Origin: the human T2T-CHM13v2.0 reference genome, Homo sapiens
Assembly: GCF_009914755.1 (NCBI RefSeq)
Contig: NC_060947.1
Reading direction: 5' to 3' (one strand)
DNA length: 64,000 nt
The notes under the pieces were generated by a model. That model was not told where the DNA came from. It searched no databases and saw only the letters and a program-made list of their open reading frames with translations. The translations under genes and the position numbers were made by a program. Of this stretch, positions 1 through 18,574 are shown piece by piece; position 1 is the first letter of the stretch; each line of letters opens with the position of its first letter.

Positions 1-115
1 ACCTGTGATGGTCATTGGAGCACCTTGCCACCCTCCTCAATGGGCACCGGTGAGGAGGGTGACAGGCGCTTGGAGTCCCTGTGGGTTCTGGGATTCTGAG
101 CTGTCACAGCGATAA

Positions 116-631
<516 letters not shown>

Positions 632-1059
632 TCAAAGCTCATCTCCTAAGGCATGCAGAAACTCAGCTCCACAGATCTGAGGTCTAAATGAGCAGGGCAA
701 CCTTGCTTATGGAGACGCGGGCAGGCAGGGAGAACAGGGTCTCTGCCCAGGCCACCAAGGAGGAGGCAAGATGCCAGATGGAGAAGGGGTTGCCCCAAGC
801 CCCAGGTTGACATGGAAGTTGGGAACAGCCAAGCAGAGAATCTCAGGATCTCCATGGAGGCTAAGAACGTTTCATTGGAGATTCAACTTTTGCAATAAGC
901 AGTGCTGGGTTACATAAGTGCCTAATTAAGACCCTTGGAACTAATTATATAGGACAGAGAGGAGGTGATGGTGAAGACGTGAGATTCTAAGCTGTGATGA
1001 TACTTACCACATGAGAGGATCAAGACCCACCGATGAACTCCTGGTAGTAGAGAGAGGAT

Positions 1060-1630
1060 ATGCAGATAGGGAGGCAGCTAGCTAGACAGATAGATAGATG
1101 ACAGATAGATAATTGATACATAGATTATAGATTCAATAGATAAATACACAGAGAATACATTAGATAGATGGATGGATAGATAGATGGATGAATGGATAGA
1201 TAGATATATCAATAGATAGATAGGTAGGTGGATAGAGAGATGATAGATAGATAATTGATACATATAGATTCAATAGATAAATACATAGATAATACATTAA
1301 TAGATGGATGGATAGATAGATGAATGGATAGATAGATATATCAATAGGTAGGTGGACAGATAGATAATTGATACATAGATTATAGATTCAATAGATAAAT
1401 ACATGGATAGATAATACATTAGATAGATGGATGGATAGATGGATGAATGGATGGACACAGACATAGATAGATAGATCAACAGATAGGTAGGTGGATAGAT
1501 AGATACATAGATGATTGATTGATAGGTAGAAGATAGATGATGAATATATAGATAGATGATAGATGTTAGATAGATATTTAGATACATAGATCAATAGATC
1601 AATAGGTGATAGATAAGCAATATACAGATA
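1060..1630. repeat. Degenerate (GATA/GGAT)n microsatellite block
   Basis: tagatagat runs with the recurring longer unit gataattgatacatagattatagattcaatagataaataca. Confidence 0.95.
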
Positions 1631-1739
1631 GGAACTCTCCAGTCAGCCTAGACTTAGCTAGTCAAGGTCCCACCTGTGGAGTTTCCAGGTGAACCTCATC
1701 TCTATTAGCCTTCGAGTCCACGTAAATCATGTATCTACA

Positions 1740-1997
1740 TCTGCCTGGATTTGTTTTCACTGCTAGAACAGAATCCCTGAGACTGTGGTTTATAAAGAGC
1801 AGAGATTTATTTACTCCTGGTTCTGGAGGTGGAGAAGTCCAAGATGAAGGCACCAGCAGATTCTATATCTGATGAGTGCTGTTCTCTGCCTCCAAGATGG
1901 CGCCTTCCTGCTGAATCTTCCAGAAGGAAGAAACACCTTGTCCTTACATGGTATAGGTGGAAGACCAAGGGAAATGAATGCTACAGGAAGCCTCTTT

Positions 1998-2086
<89 letters not shown>

Positions 2087-2460
2087 TTTCTTTCTTTCTT
2101 TCTTTTCAAGATGGAATCTTGCTCTGTTGCCCAGGCTGGAGTACAGTGGCTTTACCTCGGCTCACTGCAACCTCCAGCTCCCAGGTTGAAACAATTCTCC
2201 TGCCTCAGCCTCCTGAGTAGCTGGGATTACAGGTGCCTGCCACCACACCCAGCTAATTTTTGTATTTTTAGCAGAGATGGGGTTTCACCATGTTGGCCAG
2301 GCTGGTCTTGATCTCCTGACCTCGTGAGCCACCTGCCTCGGCCTCCCAAAATGCTGGGATTACAGGCATGAGCCACCGCGCCCGACCAGGAAGCCTCTTT
2401 CATAAAAGCCTTAAGCCCATTCATGAGAAAGTTGCCTCCATGCCCTGATCACCCCTTTTT
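1740..2460 (-). mobile_element. MaLR LTR (MST-like) split by an Alu
   Basis: Motifs ggttctggagg..gaagtccaagatgaaggcaccagcagattc and ccaagatggcgccttc resemble recalled MST consensus. Confidence 0.7.
1998..2386 (-). mobile_element. AluS with (TTTC)n-expanded tail
   Basis: Alu body 2105-2386; TSD caggaagcctcttt at 1984-1997 and 2387-2400. Confidence 0.93.
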
Positions 2461-2484
2461 AAATTCATGTTATGTTGTTATTTT

Positions 2485-4246
<1,762 letters not shown>

Positions 4247-4961
4247 CTTTACAGTCCTTTTTAACGCACTTCTAAAAGAAACCATCTCAGCCACTTTTAC
4301 ACATCTGCAGGTGAGAGGAGTGTGGGGCACGGGTTTCCCCGATGACCCGGGGAAGGGATCAAGTTGATAAGTGTCCACTTTGCAACACCAGCGTCTACCA
4401 GGTACTGCCAGGCAGAAGCTCAAACCCATGCGTGACTTTTCCTTGGCTTTTTTTTTTAAATAAACCTCTGTTCAAAAATAAACTTAACACGTTTTTCTGG
4501 AGCACCCCGAACCTGTTCCCAATTTCTTGTCCAAACAATGAAAAATACACAAGTGCATTATTTTAAGGGTGACTCTAGCTGACCTTTCCGGGGGGGAAAA
4601 ACACAGCACCGGCCTGGAGCCCGAAGCGTGTTCAGAGCGTTTGATGTGGCGTTTGATGTTCAGGCAGGGGCCACCTGGGTCGGCCTGTCATCGAATGACG
4701 TTTTCACACCAGTCCCCAAAGCAGGAGATCTGGAAAATCTGACATCCAAGGTTTTAGATCTTGGCTTAGAAAAATAGACATTCCAAGATGCCTGAAGTGT
4801 TTAAGTGGCTATTGCTAATTGGATGGTGTTGACTGTGGAGGTAAATGGATCCCAAATTGAAATGGGAGATTAGATGATTAGACGTATTCTCCAGACGCTT
4901 ACAAAAACAATTATGTGTGTGCGTGTGTGTGTGGAGAGAGAGATAGAAAGGTATATTGACA

Positions 4962-5334
<373 letters not shown>

Positions 5335-5459
5335 CTAGATAGAAATAGATAACTGTCAGAACGAGATAGATGGTAGATAGATAATTAATAGAAAAGAGAT
5401 AAATTAGGACAATTAAAGCAATGACAGACCTAGGTAAATAAATGATAGATAACAGATAT

Positions 5460-5995
5460 ATTATTAATACATAGGAATAGATGAGTTAATAATATATTAG
5501 TTAATAATATTATATTAATATTAGTTACTATACTACTATTAGTTAATAATTAGTTAATTATTAGTTAATAATATTAGTTAATATATTAGTTAATAATATA
5601 TTAATAATAATATATTAGTTATTAGTTAATAACTAATATATTCGTTAATATTATATTAGTTAATGATATATTATTTAATAATATATTGTTATTAATAATA
5701 ATTAATATAATATAATATATTATAATATATTAACTAATATTATTTAATATATTATAATATATTAAATATTAGTTAATATATTAAATAACATTAATAATAC
5801 TAATTATATTAGTTATACTAATAATATTAGCTAATTAGTTAATAATTAGTTAATAATTAACTAATTATATATAATAATATATAATAATATATAATTAGTT
5901 AATAATTAGTTACTTATTAGTTATTATACTATTAATGTTAGTTAATAATAGATGAGTTAATAATATATTATTAATACATAGGAATAGATGAGTTA
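5460..5995. repeat. AT-rich low-complexity expansion
   Basis: Almost pure A/T (tagttaataatat units). Confidence 0.95.
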
Positions 5996-7110
5996 GATTA
6001 CATAAATGATAGAGATAGGTAGATAAATATATAACAGATATATAGGGAGATAACTGGATAGATGCATAGATGATAGCTAGATAGGCAGATAGTACAGGGA
6101 TGATAGGTAGATAGATACAGGAATAGATGTTAGGTAGACAGATAATTGATACATAGATTATAGATTTGGTAGATAAATACATATATAGATGGATGGATAA
6201 TAGATAGAGGATGGATATATAGTAGATGATAAATAGTAGAAAGATGATAGGTAGATAGACAGCTAGATGGATAGATGATAGGTAGATAAGTGATACATAG
6301 ATTATAGATTCAATAGATAGATAATACATTAGATGGATAGATGAATACATAGATACAGGGATAGATGATAGGTAGACAGATAATTGATACATAGATTATA
6401 GATTCGATAGATAAATACATATATAGATGGATGGATAATAGATAGATGATGGATATATAGTAGGTGATAGTAGAGAGATGATAGGTAGATAGACAGCTAG
6501 CTAGCTAGATGGATAGAAGATAGATAATTGATACATAGATTATACATTCAATAGATAAATAGATAATACATTAGATGGATAGATGAATAAATAGCTACAG
6601 GGATAGATGATAGGTAGATAGATAATTGATACATAGGTTATAGATTCAATAGATAATATATATAGATAGATGGATGGACAGATGGATACATGGATGGATG
6701 ATAGATGATGGATATATAGTTAATGATAGATAGATAGTAGAGAGATGATAGGTAGATAGATAGCTAGCTAGCCAGACAGATAGATGATAGGTAGATAATT
6801 GATACATAGATTATAGATTCAATAGATAAATACATAGATAATACATTAGATGGATAGATAGATGGATAGATAGGTAGATAGGTAAGTGGATAGTTACAGG
6901 GATAGATGATAGGTAGATAGATAACTGATACCTAGATTATAGATTCAATAGATAAATACACATATAGATAGATGGATAGATAGGTGGATGGATAGATGAT
7001 GATGGATGTATAGTAGATGATAGACGATTGATAGATGATAGATGTTAGATAGATTATAGATAAATAGATCAATAGATCAATAGATGATAGATGGGTAATA
7101 GATAGATAGG
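5995..7110. repeat. Degenerate (GATA)n block
   Basis: tagatagat runs with the same longer unit as 1060-1630. Confidence 0.95.
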
Positions 7111-8285
7111 AACTCCCCAGTCTGCCTAAGATATTTTCTGTTATTTTATAAGACATAACCCTCATGAGTTCTTTTCTATCTGCTGCTGCTGTTATTCTGA
7201 AAATAGTGTAAAGTTTTGGAGTTTCAGGTACAAGAGGACCCTGCAGATATCAGCCACCTGCTTTTCCCTCCCTTCCTGGGGAGGTTCGGTTCTGCCTCAC
7301 ACGCACTCACTCCTACATCCCTGTGGGTCTCAGAGCTGCCCCCTCCTTGTCTGCAAAGAGGGAGGTGTGGTACCCGCTCCGGGGACCCCCTCCATCCTTG
7401 GAGCACTCAGTGTGCAAGTCAGCCTGGCTTTCTCCTTCACAGACAAGTGGCATTGTCACAAGACAGCGTGGGCCACTCAGGGGACTCTCACCGTCATGAG
7501 GCTGGCATTGAGTGACACTGCGTTAGAGACAGAGGCAACCTCGAAAGGCATATGGGCCCTGCTTCCCTCTTCTCAGAAACGAGGAGAGCCTCTGGTAGAC
7601 AAACCACACAATGATCTTTTGGGGTGAAACCTCAGGCTCTGTTCACTCACTGGCATTGTCAAACCACTGGCATTGTCAAACCACACCTGCAAAGAGCTGG
7701 CAAACTATTCCCTAAGCACGGAAATCCTCACGCTTATCTGGGGCCATTCTGAGCCCTGCAGGTGGCTAGGGAGAGAGCCATAAGGTATTTCTTGTGGCAG
7801 GGGCGGGGGCCCTCTCTGGCATTCTCAGGGCTGCCCCCAGAACCTGGAATCAAGCAGGAGAGAGAAGGACATCATCTAGAGAAGGCTTCCTCTCCGTGAG
7901 GCCGTGGAGTCCTGCCCCAGCGGAAAATAAACTTCTTAATACGATTGAGATCAACAGACCGGGCTTTTCTCTGTGATACATTTAAGCAAATTGAATGTAA
8001 TTACCTCAATTGAATTCAGAGCAAGGCCTGCCCTGACCTTCCGCTGAAGCGTTCTGCCCGCTTGGGGAGCAGGCCGGGGCACACATGACATCATTTGGAC
8101 AATTTGCACATATTTATACAATTTGTCATTATTCCATCTGTACAGGCTGGAGGCTGAGAGGTTTGCCTCCAGCACCGCTGTGAAATCAGGCCTGTGAGAA
8201 TGACGTGCTGGACATACCTCTTGTGTGTGCTATTTACTTCGAATTCAAGTATACATGGTCACTAGTGGGGGGAGTGGGGTGGACG

Positions 8286-8319
8286 TGTGTGTGTGTGTGT
8301 ATGTGTGTGTGTGTGTGTG
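8286..8319. repeat. (TG)n microsatellite
   Basis: tgtgtg run with one interruption. Confidence 0.9.
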
Positions 8320-9099
8320 CCGGGCAGAAGATGCAAATCCATTGACACAAATCAACAAGCAATGTTATGATATAAGGGAGGGAAATGAAGCCAGCAGGTG
8401 CTATAATACGTGTCAAAAAAAAATCTGTTCTAAGCTTATGCCGCTGTAAGACAACAGACAGCTGTGTAGAGGTGTGGCTTCAGTGACGGCCGAGGAAGGG
8501 TTATCTGCAGGTACAGCCATGCCATGTCAGAGGTGTCTGTATCCCGACCTCAGGCACCGAGGTCCTGCCCACGAATGTTGTGGTAACGTGGGGATATATT
8601 TGAAGGAAAACAGAGAGGTGTCTGGATGGCCTGTTTTGTTGCAGGAAGCAAACCAGCATGATGCAGGCAGCCTGAACTGAGAAAAGGAGGTTTCCAGATT
8701 TCCAGAGACACACTGAGTTCACTTCCATGCACCAGGGAGAAAAGCTCATTCAGGGACCTCCGCTGTATTACGAAGTTTCATTTCTCCTGCAATGGGAGTC
8801 CACAGCAGCCTCGTGGAGGGGACATTCCTCCCAGCCTGCGTATCATAGACTCAGCTACAGGCTTAGGGTCCTCAGGTTGCCCAAGGATGCTGGAGGTCCA
8901 CAGGTCAACTGCAGGGAGACGGATTCCCCAAATGAGCAAGAGGGTTCCGGTGCTGAGGAAATAGATTAGTAGCTCCTGGCAGGTGTGGCTTCACGACCGT
9001 AAGGAAATGGAGGCAAAGAGTTGTTGGGCATGTAGAACTTTCATTTCTTCCACATTTATTCAGAGAAACGGCATATGCATTTTTGCTAGAAGTACGTCC

Positions 9100-11000
9100 C
9101 ATGCAATATTGCTGTTGATCTCGAATTCAAGTGTACCTGGGCACGCATGCATACTGCTGTTCACCTCGAATTCAAGTGTACCCGGGCATGCATCTGTTCT
9201 GCTATTTATCTTGAATTCAAGTATACCTGGGCACGCATGCATACTGCTGTTCACCTCGAATTCAAGTGTACCTGGGCATGCATCCATACTGCTGTTCACC
9301 TCGAATTCAAGTGTACCTGGGCATGCATCCATACTGCTGTTCACCTCGAATTCAAGTGTACCTGGGCATGCATCCATACTGCTGTTTATCTCGAATTCAA
9401 GTGTACCTGGGCATGCATCCATACTGCTGTTCACCTCGAATTCAAGTGTACCTGGGCACGCATCTGTTCTGCTGTTTATCTCGAATTCAAGTGTACCTGG
9501 GCATGCATCCATACTGCTGTTCACCTCGAATTCAAGTGTACCTGGGCACGCATCCATACTGCTGTTCACCTCGAATTCAAGTGTAACTGGGCACGCATCT
9601 GTTCTGCTGTTTATCTCGAATTCAAGTGTACCTGGGCATGCATCCATACTGCTGTTTACCTCGAATTCAGGTGTACCTGAGCATTCATCCATACTCCTGT
9701 TCACCTCGAATTCAAGTGTACCTGGGCATGCATCCATACTGCTGTTTATCTCGAATTCAAGTGTACCTGGGCATGCATCCATACTGCTGTTCACCTCGAA
9801 TTCAAGTGTACCTGGGCATGCATCCATACTGCTGTTCACCTCGAATTCAAGTGTACCTGGGCACGCATCCATACTGCTGTTCACCTCGAATTCAAGTGTA
9901 CCTGAGCATGCATCCATACTGCTGTTCACCTCGAATTCAAGTGTACCTGGGCATGCATCCATACTGCTGTTTATCTCGAATTCAAGTGTACCTGGGCACG
10001 CATCCATACTGCTGTTTATCTCGAATTCAAGTGTACCTGGGCATGCATCCATACTGCTGTTTATCTCGAATTCAAGTGTACCTGGGCACGCATCCATACT
10101 GCTGTTTATCTCGAATTCAAGTGTACCTGGGCATGCATCCATACTGCTGTTCACCTCGAATTCAAGTGTACCTGGGCACGCATGCATACTGCTGTTCACC
10201 TCGAATTCAAGTGTACCCGGGCATGCATCCATACTGCTGTTTATCTCGAATTCAAGTGTACCTGGGCATGCATCCATACTGCTGTTCACCTCGAATTCAA
10301 GTGTACCTGGGCATGCATCCATACTGCTGTTTATCTCGAATTCAAGTGTACCTGAGCATGCATCCATACTGCTGTTTATCTCGAATTCAAGTGTACCTGG
10401 GCATGCATCCATACTGCTGTTTATCTCGAATTCAAGTGTACCTGGGCACGCATGCATACTGCTGTTCACCTCGAATTCAAGTGTACCTGGGCATGCATCC
10501 ATACTGCTGTTTATCTCGAATTCAAGTGTACCTGGGCATGCATCCATACTGCTGTTCACCTCGAATTCAAGTGTACCTGGGCATGCATCCATACTGCTGT
10601 TCACCTCGAATTCAAGTGTACCTGGGCATGCATCCATACTGCTGTTTATCTCGAATTTAAGTGTACCTGAGCATGCATCCATACTGCTGTTTATCTCGAA
10701 TTCAAGTGTACCTGGGCATGCATCCATACTGCTGTTTATCTCGAATTCAAGTGTACCTGGGCACGCATGCATACTGCTGTTCACCTCGAATTCAAGTGTA
10801 CCTGGGCATGCATCCATACTGCTGTTTATCTCGAATTCAAGTGTACCTGGGCATGCATCCATACTGCTGTTCACCTCGAATTCAAGTGTACCTGGGCACG
10901 CATCTGTTCTGCTGTTTATCTCCAACTCAAATGTACCTGAGCATGCAACTGTTCTGCTGTTTACCTCGAATTCCACTCTACCTGGGTACGCATGCCGTAC
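9100..11000. repeat. 45-bp minisatellite, ~42 copies
   Basis: Unit tcgaattcaagtgtacctgggcatgcatccatactgctgttcacc repeated head to tail; EcoRI site in most units. Confidence 0.98.
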
Positions 11001-11894
11001 TTTGATTGGTTAACTAGAGAGATTTGAAAAGCAAACGATCATTATTTTCCGCAAGTTGTAACCCTTGGCAAATCATTTCCCCCAAGTTTCAACTTTGTTC
11101 AGATAGAAGCTAAGAAATTCCACACCATGTATATATTCCTTGTAAAGTTTGCCCAGTACCTGAGCCAGCACCTAGGGATGGAAGGGCAGACAGTGGAGGT
11201 TGGGGTGCACACAGATTTGGGTGACCCAGACCAAATCTGATCTCCTAGAACCAAGAGATCCCACAGAGACAGGACAAATTGGCCTGTTTGGGGCCGGCGT
11301 GCTGCAGGATCCCAGACGCCACTCAACGGCCGCCCCATCGCACTGGAAACCTCAGAATACATTTGTGAACTCACTACAAAAGACTACATCAAACCAGATG
11401 AGGCGTGACGGAATTAAAGTCTGGGAGTCAGAGAATGGCCGTGGCCTGAAGCCAGGTGTGAGGCAGCGTTTCAGGCCCCGAGGACGCTTGTTCCAATTAC
11501 AGCCCGGGATGACCTCATGCCGAGGGTATGGCCAGAATATTAAAAATTCCTGCAGCAGATGAATGCGAGGGGTCTGGCGTGAGGGGACCGGGGAGGGGTG
11601 CAAACATGTTTCATTTTATTTCAACACTCAGCCTCGACCCGCACGGCGGTCAGAGAGGAAATTGCCGGCTCCCTGCCTCATGTTCTGCTGATTGGCAGAC
11701 AGATTTACAGCACATGGAAGAAACAATTAGGACGGAGCCTCCACCGACTACAAAGCAAGGAAATAAATTCCCATAATGAGACGGCCAAACGCACAAGGTA
11801 CGAATGATCTATGGGCTCGTGTCTAGGGTATAAAATGTCAAAACGCCCCGGGGTCGTGCTGAGTGGTTCTCTGTGACAGATGGTGCACAGATTG

Positions 11895-14690
<2,796 letters not shown>

Positions 14691-14694
14691 ATCT

Positions 14695-14699
14695 GTCTA

Positions 14700-14754
<55 letters not shown>

Positions 14755-15140
14755 ATCTATCTATCTATCTATCATCTATCTATCAATTTCTAGTTTATCA
14801 ATCATCTATCTATCAATCATCTATCTCTCTAATTTATTATCCGTTTATGTACCTATCTCATCTATCTATGTGTGTATCTATTATCTATCTCTAATTTATT
14901 TCTCATCCATATATCTATCATCTATCCTCTCATCTCTATCTGTTTATATCTACCTGTTTATCCATCATCTATCTCTAATTTATTTACTACCCATTTATCT
15001 ATCTCATCTATCGTTTCTGTCTTTCTATCATCTATGTGTGTATGTATCTATCATCTATCTCTAATTTATTTATTATCTATATGTATCTATCTATCTATCT
15101 TCATCATCATCATCATCATCATCATTTATGTATCTATCAT
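14695..15140. repeat. (TCTA)n microsatellite block
   Basis: Pure tcta run at 14700-14752, then degenerate. Confidence 0.95.
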
Positions 15141-15236
15141 CCAGGCAGGGCAGGAGAGGAGAAGAATGAATTATCTAATATAACCCTGAAAAACATGGGA
15201 CCATATTTCTACCACTTCCCAGAATTAAGTCTAACA

Positions 15237-15450
15237 CAGGCTTTTTCAGCCCTGGCACAGCTGACATTTGGGGCTGGAGGACTCTCTGTGGTGGGGCCGT
15301 CCTGGGCACTGTAGGGTGTTGAGCAGCGGCCCTGGGCTCCCCAAGCAGGTGCTAGGGCCACCCTCTCCCCAGCTGTGAAAACCAAAGATGTCTCCAGACA
15401 TTGTCCAGTGTCCTCTGGGGGACAAAATTATCCCTGGTTGCAAACCACTT
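15237..15450 (-). mobile_element. MER20 (hAT-Charlie) DNA transposon
   Basis: Reverse strand reads agtggtttgcaaccaggg..attttgtcccccagaggacactggacaatgtctggagacatctttggtttt, matching recalled MER20 consensus. Confidence 0.85.
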
Positions 15451-15452
15451 CC

Positions 15453-15486
15453 ATAGACAGACAGATAGACAGATAGATGATAGATC

Positions 15487-15530
<44 letters not shown>

Positions 15531-15787
15531 GGATGGATGATGGATAGACTAGAAATTGATAGATGATAGATAGATGATAGATTACATAGACAGATAGATG
15601 ATAGATTAGATAGGTAGATAGATAGATGATGGGTAAACTAGAAATTGATAGATGATAGATGATAGATAGATAGATGATAGATTAGATAGATGATGGATGA
15701 ACTAGAAATTGATAGATGATAGATAGATGATAGATTAGATAGATATAGATTAGATAGATAGATGATGGATAAACTAGAAATTGATAG

Positions 15788-15828
<41 letters not shown>

Positions 15829-16190
15829 GCTAAAAAACTGGAAGTACATGATAGATTAGATTGATAGATGAGAGATTGCAGATAGGTAGATAAGATAGAT
15901 GATACATAATGAAAGGAAGATGATAGGTGATTGATGAATTAGAGACAAATAGATAAAAAGACAATAAATAAAGTTGAGATAGATATGATAGATAGATAGA
16001 TAATAGGTAGATGGATATATACATGGATATATTGATAATAGAGGAAATAGGTGAGAGATGATAGATATGATAAATGATAACTACATAGGTGATTGATAGA
16101 CAATAAGTGATTGATACATATATAAATTGCAGATAGATTAGAGATAGATAAATGGAGACAGACAATAGATAGATAGATGATAGATAGATG

Positions 16191-16232
<42 letters not shown>

Positions 16233-16626
16233 ATGGATGGATAAATGATGGATGGATGGATGGATGGATGGATGAATGATGGATGAATAGATGGAAGGAT
16301 GGTGGATGGATGGATGAATAAATGGATGGTTAGATAGATGATAAATAGATAATAGATAGGTAGGTAGGTAGATAGATAGATAGACGATAGATAGAATGAA
16401 TGGATGGACAAATGATGGATAGATGGATGGATGGATGGATGGATGGATGGTGGATGGATGGATGGATGGTGGATGGATGGATGAATAGATGGATGGATAG
16501 ATAAATGATAGATGATAAATAGATAAATAATAGGTAGATAGATAGACGATAGATTTGATAGATAGATGATAGATTTGATAGATGATAGATTTGATAGATA
16601 GATAGATAGATGATAGGTAGATAGAT

Positions 16627-16674
<48 letters not shown>

Positions 16675-16690
16675 GCAGATGATGGCTAGG
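15453..16690. repeat. (GATA/GGAT)n microsatellite block
   Basis: Several pure (gata)n runs and ggat tracts. Confidence 0.95.
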
Positions 16691-17529
16691 TAGATCTAAC
16701 AGCATGGAGAAGCCAGTGCCATCTGGGACCCTTTGGTGTAGGTGGGGTCAGGTACCCCAACTCGCAGAAGCAGAATTGGGGCTGAGCTCCAGGACACGCT
16801 GCTGCTTTGAGTCCAGCTGGTGGGAAGAGCTGTGGACAGGGCACCCCCTAGGCACCTGCCCATCCCTCCACCCATGCATCAGCCCCCAAGCTCAGTGCCC
16901 GGGTTCTCTCAGGGGGAAAATGAGCTCTCGGATCTTTTCACTAAATTCCTTTTGTGCATAAGCCAGCTGGGGTGAGTCTCACTAGTTCACAACTACAAGC
17001 ACCGATGAACCAGCTGCAGCCACGCCTCCAGTCTGGGTCACTGGACAGATGTAAAAAGGAGAGACATGAACTCAGGTGTCCTGGAGGGATTTCCTGAGGC
17101 ACAAGGAGTGGGTTTCCTGGACCTGGAAAATGTCTCATCACCTGTGCTGTGGGTCACTGCCCACATATGTGCAGACATGAGCTCAAACGTCAGCAGGGTT
17201 CAAACCCTAGAGCTGGAAGCTGCCACAGAGGTCATTGGTGAAGACGCTTCCTTTTAAAGATGGGGAAACCAAGGCGGATGATTTTCATTCTTTGCTGCAC
17301 GGCCTCCCTCTGGACTCTGTCCCCACCTCCCATGGGAAATTCCCTGTAGGAATCCCAAATGGAGGCGCTGAGATGGCAGCCGTCAAAGCCAAATGTGGAC
17401 ATGGATTGAAGACATACCACCGGCTCCTGTACGAGTCAGGATTCTCCACAGGACCCCAGAGGAAGGGCTCACTTCTCCAACGAGTGACTCACATGAACTA
17501 CCAAAGTGGGACCTAAATTCATCAGCAAG

Positions 17530-18243
17530 TCATCCTCTCCAAGCCCTGGAGAATGGAAGTCTGAGATCAAGGTGTGGGCAGAAACGTGCTTCCTCTGGAA
17601 GCTCTAGGGGAGGGTCCTTCCTGCCTCTCCCAGCTCCTGGGGCTCCAGGTGTCCCTGGGCTTGTGGCCACTTCACTGCAGTCTCTGCCTCCATCTCCACG
17701 TGGCCTTCTCCCCTGTGTCTGTGTCCCCTCTTCTGTCTCTTACAAGGACACCTGTCATTGTGTTTAGGGCCCATCCTAATTCGGGATGATCTCGTTTCCA
17801 GATCCTTAATCACATCTGCAAAGACCCTTTTTCCAAATGAGGTCCCATTCCCAGGTTCTGGGGGTTATTACATGAATATGTGCTTCTGAGGGCCACTGTT
17901 CAATCCATTACAATTGTATCCAGTTCCTTCTGCAGGCTCTAGGGGAGGGTCCTTCCTGCCTCTCTCAGCTCCTGGGGGCTCCAGGCATCCCTGGGCTTGT
18001 GGCCACATCACTCCAGTCTCTGCCTTCATCTCTATGTGGCCTTCTCCTCTGTGACTGTGTCTCCTCTTCTGTCTCTTAGAAGGACACCTGTCATTAGATT
18101 TAGGGCCCACCCTACTCCAGGATGATCCCATCTCAAGATCCTTCACCTAATTACATCTGCAAAGACCCTGTTTCCAAATAAGGTCACTTTCCCAGGATCC
18201 GGGTGGACATATCTTTTGGGGAGGCCTCCATTGAGCCCACTGC
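17530..18243 (-). mobile_element. MaLR LTR (MLT1B/C-like), two tandem copies
   Basis: Copies at ~17530-17911 and ~17925-18243, each with acatctgcaaagaccct..tttccaaat.aggtc. Confidence 0.8.
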
Positions 18244-18574
18244 CCACACACAGTCTGGCCTGAGGCATCCCCACATTGGAAATTCCACAGCGTCAGCTCT
18301 GACTTCTGGCCTCACTACATCCCCAAGCCTCACTCTGTTTTGGGAACTGGTCACTGACTCCCAGCTCTGGGCCTGGGTCTGTCCCTGTGTCTCTGTTCTG
18401 GTGGTTTCCAGCCTGACTTCATTACTTCCTGGACCCCACTTCTCCCTCTGGAGTCCACACCCTTCGTCAATTGGGCAACTGGGACCCTTGAGAGGCTCAT
18501 CTGTCCCTGCCACCTGTCTCAACTCTGAATTCCCTCTCATCCCTCACCTCCTGGGATCCAACCCACCTCACATT

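Noticed and set aside
9100-11000. CRISPR array (also considered for the 71-, 48- and 34-bp arrays)
   Set aside because: Units are head to tail with no unique spacers, there are no cas genes, and the context is Alu-rich primate DNA.
8983-11013. 676-aa (+) and 638-aa (-) ORFs as protein-coding genes
   Set aside because: They are translations of a 45-bp tandem unit that happens to lack stops; they overlap on both strands and show no domain or splice context.
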